DNA of 64,000 bases from Candidatus Bathyarchaeota archaeon (GCA_963826715.1 CAWGYA010000008.1:960001-1024000); one strand, 5' to 3'. Numbered from the stretch's first letter, positions 52,082-61,942 are shown. Notes: generated by a model from the letters alone, not told the origin. Made by a program: numbers and translations.

Positions 52082-52762
52082 ATGAAACTAGGTGTGTTGT
52101 TTTCAGGCGGCAAAGACTCAACTTTTGCTTTGCAACTGGCGGCTCAGAAAGAAACTGTAGAATGTCTCATTACAGTTGCTTCTAGAAACAAGGAGAGCTT
52201 CATGTTCCATACTCCCAACATTGACGTGACCCCTTTGCAAGCGGAGGCTTTGGGTTTGCCGCTTGTGCGTGTGGAGACGGAGGGTGTGAAGGAAGTGGAA
52301 CTAAAGGATTTGGAAGCAGCCATCGCGGAGGGTAAGGCGAGATTCGACATTGAGGGGATAGTGACAGGTGCTGTTGAGTCGGTTTATCAGACGTCGCGGG
52401 TGCAACTTATTTGTAACCGATTAGGTCTTTGGCAGTTCAATCCGCTGTGGAAGCACAACCAGAAAGTGCTCCTCGAAACCCTCGTTAAAGAAAACTTTCA
52501 AGTGATTATCTCAGGGGTTTTTGCTTATCCCCTCGATGAGACATGGCTCGGCAGACAAATCGATGCCGAAGTTATCGCACGGCTAGTGGAGCTTGAGGAT
52601 CGATACGGCATTAGTCCCTCAGGGGAAGGGGGCGAGATTGAAACAACTGTTCTTGATACCCCGATGTTTGGGCAGAAAATTGAGGTCACTGATTTTGCAG
52701 TTGAAGCGCGGGGTAACAGTGGGGTTTACGTAATCAAAAAGGCAAGGTTGGTTTCGAAATGA
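52082..52762 (+). CDS. Diphthine--ammonia ligase (Dph6/MJ0570-family PP-loop ATPase)
   Basis: LFSGGKDS PP-loop, SFMFHTPN, SVYQ..R, PLW, GEGGE.ET.V.D.P; ATG at 52082. Confidence 0.88.
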   Translation: MKLGVLFSGGKDSTFALQLAAQKETVECLITVASRNKESFMFHTPNIDVTPLQAEALGLPLVRVETEGVKEVELKDLEAAIAEGKARFDIEGIVTGAVESVYQTSRVQLICNRLGLWQFNPLWKHNQKVLLETLVKENFQVIISGVFAYPLDETWLGRQIDAEVIARLVELEDRYGISPSGEGGEIETTVLDTPMFGQKIEVTDFAVEARGNSGVYVIKKARLVSK

Positions 52763-53304
52763 TTCTGATCGTTGACATGAACTGGAAACGGGATTCGTTG
52801 GCGAAAAGCGAGTTCGTAGAGCCAATAGTTTCAGTAGTTCAGCCTATAGAGGAATGTGTGGTGAAGCATTTTTTGGATGTTGGCGTTTCAGAAATTGATA
52901 GTTCAAGTCGCGTCATTTTATCTGGAACTACATTGAAGGATTTTGAAGCGCAAAGTCATCTTGATCATTTCGATTGGATAAAAACTTATCACAAGCCGAT
53001 TCTGGGAATATGCGCAGGTATGCAGGTTATAAGCTTAATTTATGGCATTCCTTTGCGGCAATGCCTTGGAATTGGTATGGTTGAAATTGAAACTGTCCAG
53101 CCTAACCCACTTTTTTCGGGAAGCTTTCGGGTCTATACTCTCCACAGCCTAACAGTTGAACATAGTGAGACCTTTGGAGTGCTGGCCGAATCAAGTAAGT
53201 GCATCCAAGCCATAAAACACAGCAAAAAACCCCTCTACGGTGTTTTGTTTCACCCCGAAGTGCGAAACCACGAAATTCTTCAACGCTTCATAGCATTCCG
53301 CTAA
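52759..53304 (+). CDS. Class I glutamine amidotransferase (GuaA-A-like, stand-alone)
   Basis: VILSG, PILGICAGMQ (Cys nucleophile), GVLFHPE (His-Glu); ATGA overlap with the upstream stop. Confidence 0.88.
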   Translation: MILIVDMNWKRDSLAKSEFVEPIVSVVQPIEECVVKHFLDVGVSEIDSSSRVILSGTTLKDFEAQSHLDHFDWIKTYHKPILGICAGMQVISLIYGIPLRQCLGIGMVEIETVQPNPLFSGSFRVYTLHSLTVEHSETFGVLAESSKCIQAIKHSKKPLYGVLFHPEVRNHEILQRFIAFR

Positions 53305-53397
53305 CTTCATTTTTATCTGAAGCATGTTTAAGGCTTGACAAAAAATTAAAAGTTTAAAAGATTATTCTCTTAAATCTATTTTTGGAGACCAAATGTT

Positions 53398-55800
53398 TTG
53401 ATAAACAAGCTACCCGTTGAGAAACTCAGAAACATCTGTAACGCAAATTTCATGCATTGTCAATCAACTAAAGATCTTGTGCCACTCACAGAAATCATTG
53501 GTCAAGAACGTGCGGTGCGTGCCCTCAAATTCGGCTTAGGTATTAAAAACCACGGCTTCAATATGTACGTAGCAGGATACCCCGGAACTGGGAGAAAAAC
53601 TGCGGTGAAAAGTTTTGTGGAAGCCCAAGCGAAAACGATGCCAGTTCCTTCTGATTGGTGCTATGTCAATAACTTCGGCAACCAGTATGAACCAAAAGCT
53701 ATTCAGTTGCCTCCGGGCAAAGGCAAGGAATTCCGTGAGGACATGAAAAATTATGTTGAAAATGTAAAAAATGCTTTGCCGAAAGCTTTTGAAAGCGAAG
53801 ATTACCTTGCACGGCGGGAAGGGACGCTGCGTGATTTGGAGAATAAACGAAAAACGTTAATTGACGAGATGAACGTGAAGGCGCAACAAGAAGGTTTTGT
53901 CATACAAACCACTCCTGTTGGCTTGCTGCTTATTCCGGTTTTAGATGGCAAACCTCTTACTGACGCGGAAATGGTGGCTTTGCCCCAAAAAACCAAGGAT
54001 AAACTTGATGAGAAACGTGAAAAGTTGGAGACAGAATTCCGCAACACAATGCGGCAACTTATAGATATGGAACGCCGGATTCGTGATGCACTAAAAGGAC
54101 TCAACAAGGAAGTTGCGCTTTATGCCATTGGTAGTCAAGTACAGAGTCTCATGGAGAAGTATCAGTCTAATAATAATGTTACCGACCACCTCAAAGCGGT
54201 AGAGACTGACATTTTGGATAATCTTCAGGCTTTTGCTCGGAGAGATGGCGAACTCCAGAAGCAATTGCCGTTTACGATGCCCTGGATGAAGGAGGAACCC
54301 TACAAAAAATATGAAGTAAACGTAATCATTGATAACTCTGAAACCAAAGGCGCCCCGGTCGTTGTGGAAACTAATCCCACCTATCATAACCTGTTGGGGC
54401 GCACTGAGAAGGAGGCTCAGTTTGGGGCGTTAACCACAGATTTTAGTATGATTCGAGGTGGAGCTATTCACAGAGCTAACGGCGGGTACCTTATTTTGCC
54501 AGTTGAAGATCTTCTGCGCAACCCCCTCTCCTACGACGGATTGAAGCGGGACCTGCGGGATGGCAATATGACAATTGAGGAGCCTGAGGAACGCTACGGT
54601 TTTTTGAGCGTAAAAACCCTTAAACCCAAACCAATCCCGCTTTCTGCTAAAGTAATTCTCATAGGTGATCCTAACATCTACCAGATGATGTTTAGCCTAG
54701 ACCCAGATTTCCGGGAGCTCTTCAAGGTAAAAGCCGAATTCGACACCACTATGGCACGAATAGATACTAACATCAAACAATACGCTGAGTTTGTCTGTGG
54801 TTTATGCGAGCGGGAAAGTCTTAAGCACCTCAACGGCGGAGGTTTAGCTAAGTTGATTGAGTACAGCTCCCGTATCATAGAGGACCAATACAAACTCTCT
54901 ACCCACTTCTCGCTCATTGCTGATATTATTCGCGAGAGTAATTACTATGCTACCCAAGACAACTCTGAAGTAATTGAAGCCGACCACGTCATGAAAGCCA
55001 TAGAAGAAAAAATATACCGTAGCAAACTAATGCAAGAAAAAATTCAGGAAATGATAAGTCGCGGCTTCTTTCTTATTGACACTAGCGATCGAAAAGTGGG
55101 GCAAGTCAATGGTTTGTCGGTCATGGAACTTGGTGACTTCGCTTTTGGTACGCCTTCACGTGTTACCGTAAGCATTGGATTGGGTCGAGAAGGTGTGATC
55201 GACATCGAGAGGGAAGCAAAAATGGGCGGGCCAATCCATACTAAAGGTGTCCTTATTATAAGCGGTTATATTAACGACAAATATGCTCGCGATAAACCTC
55301 TTAGCCTCTCAGCGCGGCTAGTTTTTGAGCAGAATTACTCAGGTGTTGAGGGCGATAGTGCATCGAGCACCGAACTCTATTGTATACTTTCTGCGCTCTC
55401 AGGGCTTCCAATAAGACAGAACATAGCTGTCACGGGGTCGGTTAACCAGAAGGGGGAAGTTCAAGCCATAGGTGGGGTAAACGAAAAAATCGAAGGGTTC
55501 TTTGAAATTTGCAAAATTCGAGGCTTAACAGGCGAACAGGGAGTGCTGATTCCAGAGAGTAACATACAGAATCTGATGCTCAAAGAAGAAATCCTTGAAG
55601 CAGTCAAGGCTGGTCACTTTAGCGTTTACTCGGTAAAAACTATCGATGAAGGCATCGAAGTACTAACGGGCACCAAGTCTGGGCAGCGCCGTTCAGATAA
55701 TACATACGAAGAAAACACGGTCAACTATCTGGTGGATAAGCAGTTGCGCGAAATGGCAAACAAACTCAAAGAATATCCAGCTGCTGAAATGAAACCTTAA
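53398..55800 (+). CDS. LonC-like S16 protease with degenerate AAA module and coiled-coil insert
   Basis: IGQERA, HRANGGYL, FEQ.YS.VEGDSAS (Ser), AIGGVNEKIEGFF (Lys). Confidence 0.88.
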   Translation: MINKLPVEKLRNICNANFMHCQSTKDLVPLTEIIGQERAVRALKFGLGIKNHGFNMYVAGYPGTGRKTAVKSFVEAQAKTMPVPSDWCYVNNFGNQYEPKAIQLPPGKGKEFREDMKNYVENVKNALPKAFESEDYLARREGTLRDLENKRKTLIDEMNVKAQQEGFVIQTTPVGLLLIPVLDGKPLTDAEMVALPQKTKDKLDEKREKLETEFRNTMRQLIDMERRIRDALKGLNKEVALYAIGSQVQSLMEKYQSNNNVTDHLKAVETDILDNLQAFARRDGELQKQLPFTMPWMKEEPYKKYEVNVIIDNSETKGAPVVVETNPTYHNLLGRTEKEAQFGALTTDFSMIRGGAIHRANGGYLILPVEDLLRNPLSYDGLKRDLRDGNMTIEEPEERYGFLSVKTLKPKPIPLSAKVILIGDPNIYQMMFSLDPDFRELFKVKAEFDTTMARIDTNIKQYAEFVCGLCERESLKHLNGGGLAKLIEYSSRIIEDQYKLSTHFSLIADIIRESNYYATQDNSEVIEADHVMKAIEEKIYRSKLMQEKIQEMISRGFFLIDTSDRKVGQVNGLSVMELGDFAFGTPSRVTVSIGLGREGVIDIEREAKMGGPIHTKGVLIISGYINDKYARDKPLSLSARLVFEQNYSGVEGDSASSTELYCILSALSGLPIRQNIAVTGSVNQKGEVQAIGGVNEKIEGFFEICKIRGLTGEQGVLIPESNIQNLMLKEEILEAVKAGHFSVYSVKTIDEGIEVLTGTKSGQRRSDNTYEENTVNYLVDKQLREMANKLKEYPAAEMKP

Positions 55801-56059
55801 AAATCCATAATCTCCATTTTTCTTTTTGTTGCATGTGTGTCTAACGATTTTCGATCCTAATGCAAACTTTCAACTTTGTGCATTAAAGGCATGTTTAGAG
55901 ATTTATTTCAAATCAAAATAAACCCGAGAGCCCCCAAGAGAAATTTTAATCTAGCTTAAACATACCTGCAATCTGCAAGATTTTCAAATAAAACTTTGCC
56001 CTTATCAAACAGAGCAGAAAACCCGACTAAATAGGGGAGACATAGACAAATACTGTGGA

Positions 56060-57847
56060 CTACATCGTTCCTGCCCAGAAAGGAACCTTCTTCCTCATCA
56101 AATTCACGTATTCCTTTAGGACATCTTGCTCTTCAGCGGTTAAATCATCCATATGCTCTGTCAAGAACGCTTTCGCATCTTTCTCTGGAACCTTTACATA
56201 GAGTACATCACGCTCAAAGAGGTGTCTGCCCGCAATGGGTTTATCCATCGAAATTGCCACCTGCGCACCAACCTTTGCTTCACCGATGGCTTTACCCTTG
56301 TCTTGAATCTGGTCCACCTCACCTAAATCAGCACCGTCCTCCTTTCGCAAAAGCGACACTTTAGGTTTTATTCTTCCACCTTGAACCTCTACACCCGCCA
56401 CTAGAGGTTTGGCTCGGCGGAAAATGCAGTTGGGCAATACCATTAGTTTGCCCGGTTTTGTTAGGGCTTCGAATTCGGCTTCGCTCTTAGCTTCCCGTTT
56501 ACTGCGAACCCATTCAAGATAATTATCGATCAAGTTGTAGATTATGGGTTCCTTGAAGATTGTAACTCCGCTGGCTGCGGCTTCTGCTTCTGCATCAGGA
56601 AGGGTTTTTACGCCAAACGCCAAAACAGCACCAACTAATGGATCATGAGTCTTCACTACGGAAGCTTCGATTACATCACGTTTGCTGATGTCGCCGATGT
56701 CAGCAATACGGACTTGGACATTATTGGCTTTTAGAATCTCAGCTATGGCCTCCAGAGAACCTAAAGTGTCTGCCTTCACGATAACGCCGTCGATTTGCGT
56801 TGTTATACGGATTCTGCCGATTTCCTCAGTTATTAGATTACAGTATTTACCAATATCCTCGCCCTGAGGTACTGAAAGCAGTGGTGCTCCAGCTAATGCT
56901 CTCTCCAATCCAGGTGCAACTACTTTTACACCAGCTGATGCATAAACGGTTTCGACACTGGTGAATTTGTCTCTTGGATCCCTCATTTCATCTAGGGGTT
57001 TTGGAACCAGAATTGTACGGACCCTTGCAGAAATAGGGCCATCTTTGCCGCCGACTACTACTAGATCATCCTTATGTAACGTGCCATCGTAGACAATGGT
57101 GTTGAGTGTCAAACCTAAACCTGGTTCCTCTTTAACTTCGAGCACTGAGCCTTTAGCGGGTCCATCCGTAGTTTGTAGTCTTTTTTTGAGAAACTGCTGA
57201 GTTAATCCAACCAGTACCATGACGAGTTCAGCTAATCCTTCGCCTGTCTTTGCGCTTGTAGGGACCAAAGCAATGTTTAGGGTGAAATCGCGGATGTGGT
57301 CAAAGCGGTCTGTTTTGAAGGTTAACCTTGAGAATTCTCCCATGACCTGATATAGGCGGTTGTTGAAGTCTTCTTGCACAAAGCTGCTTTGATCTGCATA
57401 AGATTTTAGGAAGGGTGTGGATTGATGCGCTTTCCAGCCAGGGATGCGATCGATTTTGTTGACAGCAACGATGAAAGGGGTTTTACGGGCTTTTAGGATC
57501 TCTATGCACTCAAGTGTTTGTGCCTCAAAACCCTTAAGTATGTCCACAACTAAGATAGCGATATCTGCAACGCTTCCTCCTCTTCGCCTAAGATTCGTAA
57601 AGGCTTCGTGTCCGGGGGTATCCACTATAAGTAGTCCAGGGATTTCGATACCTGTTTTAAAGTTGCCCATGTAAGGTCCAATGAGTTGTTTTAGAGTTTC
57701 CACGGGGAAAAAACTGGCGCCAATGTGTTGGGTCATGCCGCCTGCTTCTCGAGCTTGAACGCTGGTTTTACGCAATTGATCTAGAAGCGAGGTTTTACCA
57801 GTGTCTACGTGACCTAGAACACATACTATGGGTTGGCGCGTCGGTAT
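56060..57847 (-). CDS. infB: Translation initiation factor aIF5B (IF2); start inferred at ATA 57847
   Basis: RQPIVCVLGHVDTGKT (in frame upstream of the tracked TTG), EAGGMTQHIGA, DTPGHEAF, NKID, SAKTGEG, KADTLGSLEA. Confidence 0.95.
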   Translation of the reverse strand: MPTRQPIVCVLGHVDTGKTSLLDQLRKTSVQAREAGGMTQHIGASFFPVETLKQLIGPYMGNFKTGIEIPGLLIVDTPGHEAFTNLRRRGGSVADIAILVVDILKGFEAQTLECIEILKARKTPFIVAVNKIDRIPGWKAHQSTPFLKSYADQSSFVQEDFNNRLYQVMGEFSRLTFKTDRFDHIRDFTLNIALVPTSAKTGEGLAELVMVLVGLTQQFLKKRLQTTDGPAKGSVLEVKEEPGLGLTLNTIVYDGTLHKDDLVVVGGKDGPISARVRTILVPKPLDEMRDPRDKFTSVETVYASAGVKVVAPGLERALAGAPLLSVPQGEDIGKYCNLITEEIGRIRITTQIDGVIVKADTLGSLEAIAEILKANNVQVRIADIGDISKRDVIEASVVKTHDPLVGAVLAFGVKTLPDAEAEAAASGVTIFKEPIIYNLIDNYLEWVRSKREAKSEAEFEALTKPGKLMVLPNCIFRRAKPLVAGVEVQGGRIKPKVSLLRKEDGADLGEVDQIQDKGKAIGEAKVGAQVAISMDKPIAGRHLFERDVLYVKVPEKDAKAFLTEHMDDLTAEEQDVLKEYVNLMRKKVPFWAGTM

Positions 57848-57999
57848 CTGATTAGTCTCCTTAAATTATTATAGATTGAAATGAATTGGATGTTGCTTAA
57901 TAAATGCGCTGATTTTATTTGTTTTATGGCTCGTTTTTCATTTTTATTTGTTTGGCAACGTTTTTATTTTCTTTTAGCTTCGTAGGTGATGGTGTTGTT

Positions 58000-58317
58000 A
58001 TGCCTTACTGTTTTAAATGTGGTTCAGTGATAAAAATCGATGACCAATTTTGCGCTGTCTGTGGCGCGGCTGTACCTAAATTCACGAGTGAAGAATTCAA
58101 GGTTTCAGGCAAAGATTTGGTTGACCGAGTTGGTCAGTTGTTGCATGAAGGCAATGTAACTCGCTTAATTATTAAAGATGAAGAAGACAAAACTTTGTTG
58201 GAGATTCCTGCAACTATTGGGGTTCTGGGAGTGGTTCTTGTGCCGTGGCTAGCAGCTTTAGGTGTAATTGCTGCTTTGGTGACTAACTGCACTTTAGTGG
58301 TTGAGAGAAGAGAATAA
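58000..58317 (+). CDS. zinc-ribbon plus DUF4342-like protein
   Basis: ATG at 58000 after AGGTGA; CFKCG...FCAVCG, EEFKVSG..LVD.V..L.HEGNV.R..IK, LEIP. Confidence 0.8.
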   Translation: MPYCFKCGSVIKIDDQFCAVCGAAVPKFTSEEFKVSGKDLVDRVGQLLHEGNVTRLIIKDEEDKTLLEIPATIGVLGVVLVPWLAALGVIAALVTNCTLVVERRE

Positions 58318-58325
58318 AAGTTTGG

Positions 58326-58523
58326 CTATTCAGGTGGCTTCACAATCAGCAGAAAAATTCCGAGTATCAGGAGGAATACACAAAGTACACCGAAGAATGC
58401 ACCGAATCCACCTAGTGGGCTTGTAGCTGTGAAGTAGAGCATTACTCCACCGATAATAATTATGATTAACCCGAATATTCTTTCAGATAGCGAAACCCAA
58501 AATCTGTCGCCTTCTTGACTCAT
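58326..58523 (-). CDS. small 2-TM membrane protein
   Basis: 65 aa, two hydrophobic helices, ATG start. Confidence 0.65.
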   Translation of the reverse strand: MSQEGDRFWVSLSERIFGLIIIIIGGVMLYFTATSPLGGFGAFFGVLCVFLLILGIFLLIVKPPE

Positions 58524-59019
58524 GCTTGTTTTCTTCCCTTGCCTGTTTTCTTGTATGTTTCTTTGATATAAACAAGAGGGGTTATTTTAAATTATTCCAT
58601 TATCCATTAATTGCTAAAAGTGAGTAAAGCTTTAAGGGTCAGATGAGAAATCTCTAGCTATAGGCCTCTGTTCAAAGTTTACGCCTTTTCACTTACAGAC
58701 GTATTTTGAGGGTAAGGTATTTTCTTTATTGCTTTTTCATGGCTCGAAACTGATAAGTGGTTTTTAGTTTAATTTTGTGTTCAATGCGACCGCGTTGGCT
58801 TATCTGGTGTTTTTCGTTTATTTTACTAATTTTTTATCCAGTTGCCACAAAAGAAAGAGTGTTGTTGTTTTAAGCTCCATTCTTGGTTTGTGGAGTTATT
58901 CCGAATCCGTTATCTCCAATATTTCTCAACTATATATTGATTATTTTTGATTCAAACGTAGTAAAAAAAACGGATCAAGTATTATTGATGGCATCCAAAG
59001 TTGCAATTTACTCAGAAAA

Positions 59020-60234
59020 TCAAGCTTTGCCCGATTGCAGAAGAAGTGAAATTAAATAATCGTTTTTCACTACTCCATATTTGCCCTTTTTGGCTGAGAA
59101 TTCATCAAATTTTTTAACTCCATCAGCATCAAGTACAGGTGATGCAATTGAGAATGGCACTGGATCTCGTGAATGAGTTCTGGTTTTGATAGGTGTTGGG
59201 TGGTCGGGTAAAACTGCGATTGCGTATGGTTCTCTGATTCCTGCTAAGATCCTGCCAATACAGCGCTTATCTAAATCCTCTATTGTTTTCACTTTCAGTT
59301 TATAGTCGCCTATATGCCCAGCTTCATCTGGTGCCTCAACATGAACAAATACCAAGTCGTTGTTCTTTAGCGCCTTTAATGCAGCGTCGGCTTTTCCTTC
59401 ATAATTGGTATTGTAGAGTCCCGTGGCGCCTTCCACATTAATGATTTCCATGCCTGCATACAAGCCGATGCCCTTGACAAGATCAACCGCGGAAATTACT
59501 GCTGCCTTTATTCCGTATTTCTCTTTAAGCGTGGGCATGGTTGGTTTTTTGCCGCCGCCCCAGAACCAAATTAAATTACCAGGTGATTTTCCCGCTTTGA
59601 CCCGTGCAATATTGACGGGATGATTTTGGAGAATGCTCTTGGAGCCCAAAATCATGTCGTTGAGTATCTGTGCGTTAGATTCTGCTTGAGGTACGTTAGC
59701 TTTCGGCATCACTTTTGAAACTGCAATGCCTATGGCATCGTGAGGTGGTGTGCAGGTGATTTGTTCTGGATTTGGAAAATTGCGCAATATCAGAAAGTGC
59801 CTGTAATCAAGTCCAGAATAGAATTCTATCTTGTTTGGCTTATCAAATTTGTTTTTCACTGCTACTATTAACTGCTCAGCTTCGGAGGTAGTTATATGTC
59901 CTGCTGAGTAGTCTGTTATGGCGCCTTTTTCTTCCGTGATTAGGTTGCATCTAAATGCTGAGTCATTTGGACCTAACTTTATGCTGCGTGAGGGTGCTTC
60001 GAGAGGTCCTCTGCCTGTACAGTATTTACGCGGGTCATATCCTAGAACTGAGCATATAGCGACATCGGAGCCTGGAGTACACTCGTCGGGTACAGTTTTG
60101 ATTAGCCCACTTCTACCTCTTGAGGTTATTTCGTCAATGTTGGGTTTAACTGCTGCTTGGAGCGGAGTTTTGTAGCCTAATTCAGCGATGGGACAGTCCG
60201 CCATGCCGTCTCCAACAATGAGTATGTACTTCAT
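59020..60234 (-). CDS. apgM: Cofactor-independent phosphoglycerate mutase (archaeal type)
   Basis: GDGMAD, KTPLQAA, PGSDVA, GRGPLEA, HVEAPDEAGH, PDHPTP, HS.DPVP. Confidence 0.93.
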   Translation of the reverse strand: MKYILIVGDGMADCPIAELGYKTPLQAAVKPNIDEITSRGRSGLIKTVPDECTPGSDVAICSVLGYDPRKYCTGRGPLEAPSRSIKLGPNDSAFRCNLITEEKGAITDYSAGHITTSEAEQLIVAVKNKFDKPNKIEFYSGLDYRHFLILRNFPNPEQITCTPPHDAIGIAVSKVMPKANVPQAESNAQILNDMILGSKSILQNHPVNIARVKAGKSPGNLIWFWGGGKKPTMPTLKEKYGIKAAVISAVDLVKGIGLYAGMEIINVEGATGLYNTNYEGKADAALKALKNNDLVFVHVEAPDEAGHIGDYKLKVKTIEDLDKRCIGRILAGIREPYAIAVLPDHPTPIKTRTHSRDPVPFSIASPVLDADGVKKFDEFSAKKGKYGVVKNDYLISLLLQSGKA

Positions 60235-60534
60235 TTTTATCGACTTGTTGGTTTTTGTTCTAGGGTTATAGTGGGTGTTGTATTTATCTGCTTACTAGTA
60301 GAACTTTTTGGGTTGTTGTTTTGACTTGCTGAATCTGAATGTCCAGTTAGTAACTTTTTTTACTATTATGTTGTTTAATCCATGAATAGTTTTATGTCAA
60401 TATATGGGTAATACTGTGCAATAAAGTAGGCTGAGGAAATGAGCTATGGAGGAGCTTTATTCAACTCATAACCAAACTTTTTCGGTGGGATAAAAAAACT
60501 CATGGCGTCTCTAAATCGAATAAAAAATAGAATT

Positions 60535-61227
60535 TTAAGAACTGCTGGCAGAGGCTTTATGCCACACCTTGTTCTTTAGGAAAATAAATGATGTTAAGGC
60601 AGTTATAAAAACTGAAACGGCAAAGATCACGTTTGCAAGGGTCAGCCATTCAGGAACCTGTAGCACTGCAATAGCTACTGCCGCAAAAATGTAGACTGAA
60701 ACCGCGGCGCAGAGCAATTGAGCCGTAACTATTGCTTTTTTTGTCCTAAGAACATTAGCTTTTAACAAGTTTAGCCCTGCTTCAATTCGTTTATTGACAT
60801 CAGGCAAGTCATCGAGTAGCAAAGTTAATCCGCCCAAAAGGAAGAATCTACCAATGTTCACTTCGGTACTGGCGTTGTTAACTAAAAAGATGGTGGTTAA
60901 TGGTGCAGCTGTGAAGGCTTCTACATAGATAGCGGAGAAGACTATGACTAGAAAGCCATAGAAATAATGATGGAATAGAAACCTCCCCGTGTGAAGTTTT
61001 CTCCCTAACATTGCACTTGGAAAAACATTTATAGCGGCTGCAAAGATAGCGATCCAGAGTATATTTCCATCAAAGAGATAGGGCGAAAACGGCTTCCAGC
61101 CGGGGTAATACCAGTAAACTCCTGCGAGGATACCTGCGGCCCACACAATAGTTAGGAGAGAGTTGAATACTAGCGATAAGCTGAAAATTTTTTTGCACAG
61201 TATCCACACTCGATCCATATGTATCAC
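60535..61227 (-). CDS. hypothetical multi-pass membrane protein
   Basis: 230 aa, about 6 TM; HTGRFLFHHY and LDDLPD motifs; family not recognised. Confidence 0.7.
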   Translation of the reverse strand: MIHMDRVWILCKKIFSLSLVFNSLLTIVWAAGILAGVYWYYPGWKPFSPYLFDGNILWIAIFAAAINVFPSAMLGRKLHTGRFLFHHYFYGFLVIVFSAIYVEAFTAAPLTTIFLVNNASTEVNIGRFFLLGGLTLLLDDLPDVNKRIEAGLNLLKANVLRTKKAIVTAQLLCAAVSVYIFAAVAIAVLQVPEWLTLANVIFAVSVFITALTSFIFLKNKVWHKASASSS

Positions 61228-61459
61228 TATTGGTTAAAATGAAATTATAACATCTTGATAAGAATGTTACCTCGTAAAAACCCGTAGTGCAACGAGGAAA
61301 ATCTTTTGATTTGAATTTTCTTAAAAGATGTCAAGTTTAGCGATAAAACAATATTTGTTGTGTACTTTATTTAAACAACAAATACTTCAACACTATTTTC
61401 TCAACACTTAAACCTTCACAATAGGTCCAAATTTATTAACTATACTTTTTTTGACCACA

Positions 61460-61568
61460 TTCATGCGGTCTTACGTGCCTCTTTAGTAGGAAATCAAAAA
61501 GGACCTTGTTGTGTTGCCCTTTTTGGTGAGGGCAACGCAGTCAAGAACCGCATTGATTATTTTTTTTT
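61460..61568 (+). ncRNA. candidate structured small RNA
   Basis: TTTATTAA at 61432-61439; ATGCGGT/ACCGCAT closing stem; about 16-bp inner hairpin; ends in a T9 run. Confidence 0.4.
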
Positions 61569-61726
61569 GTGCATTGAGATAATGATCGGACATAAAGTGT
61601 TTCGGTCGTTTAAGCCGACACGAAAACTTTATTGTCCTCACGAAAGAGGGGCGCATATCAGCCCCGCATTGTGTTGGATTAAATTTTAATTTGCCCAGAC
61701 TTACTTAAATGGTTAATTCTTAATTT

Positions 61727-61942
61727 TTATGATGAAAAATGCCAAGTATGATAACGCTTTTTTTCTCTATCCCACAAAAAAGCAGAAGCAACTATAAGAC
61801 CAATACCCAACAATAAAAGAAAAACCGTTAACCAAGCATTCGCATTTTGACCAAAATAATACCCATATGCACCAGCACTAATGGCAATTGCACCGAAAAA
61901 ACCAAATGCAATTGGATAAGTTTTTGGATTTATCTCCGTCAA
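61727..61942 (-). CDS. small 2-TM membrane protein
   Basis: 71 aa, two hydrophobic helices, basic tail; TTG start. Confidence 0.5.
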   Translation of the reverse strand: MTEINPKTYPIAFGFFGAIAISAGAYGYYFGQNANAWLTVFLLLLGIGLIVASAFLWDREKKRYHTWHFSS

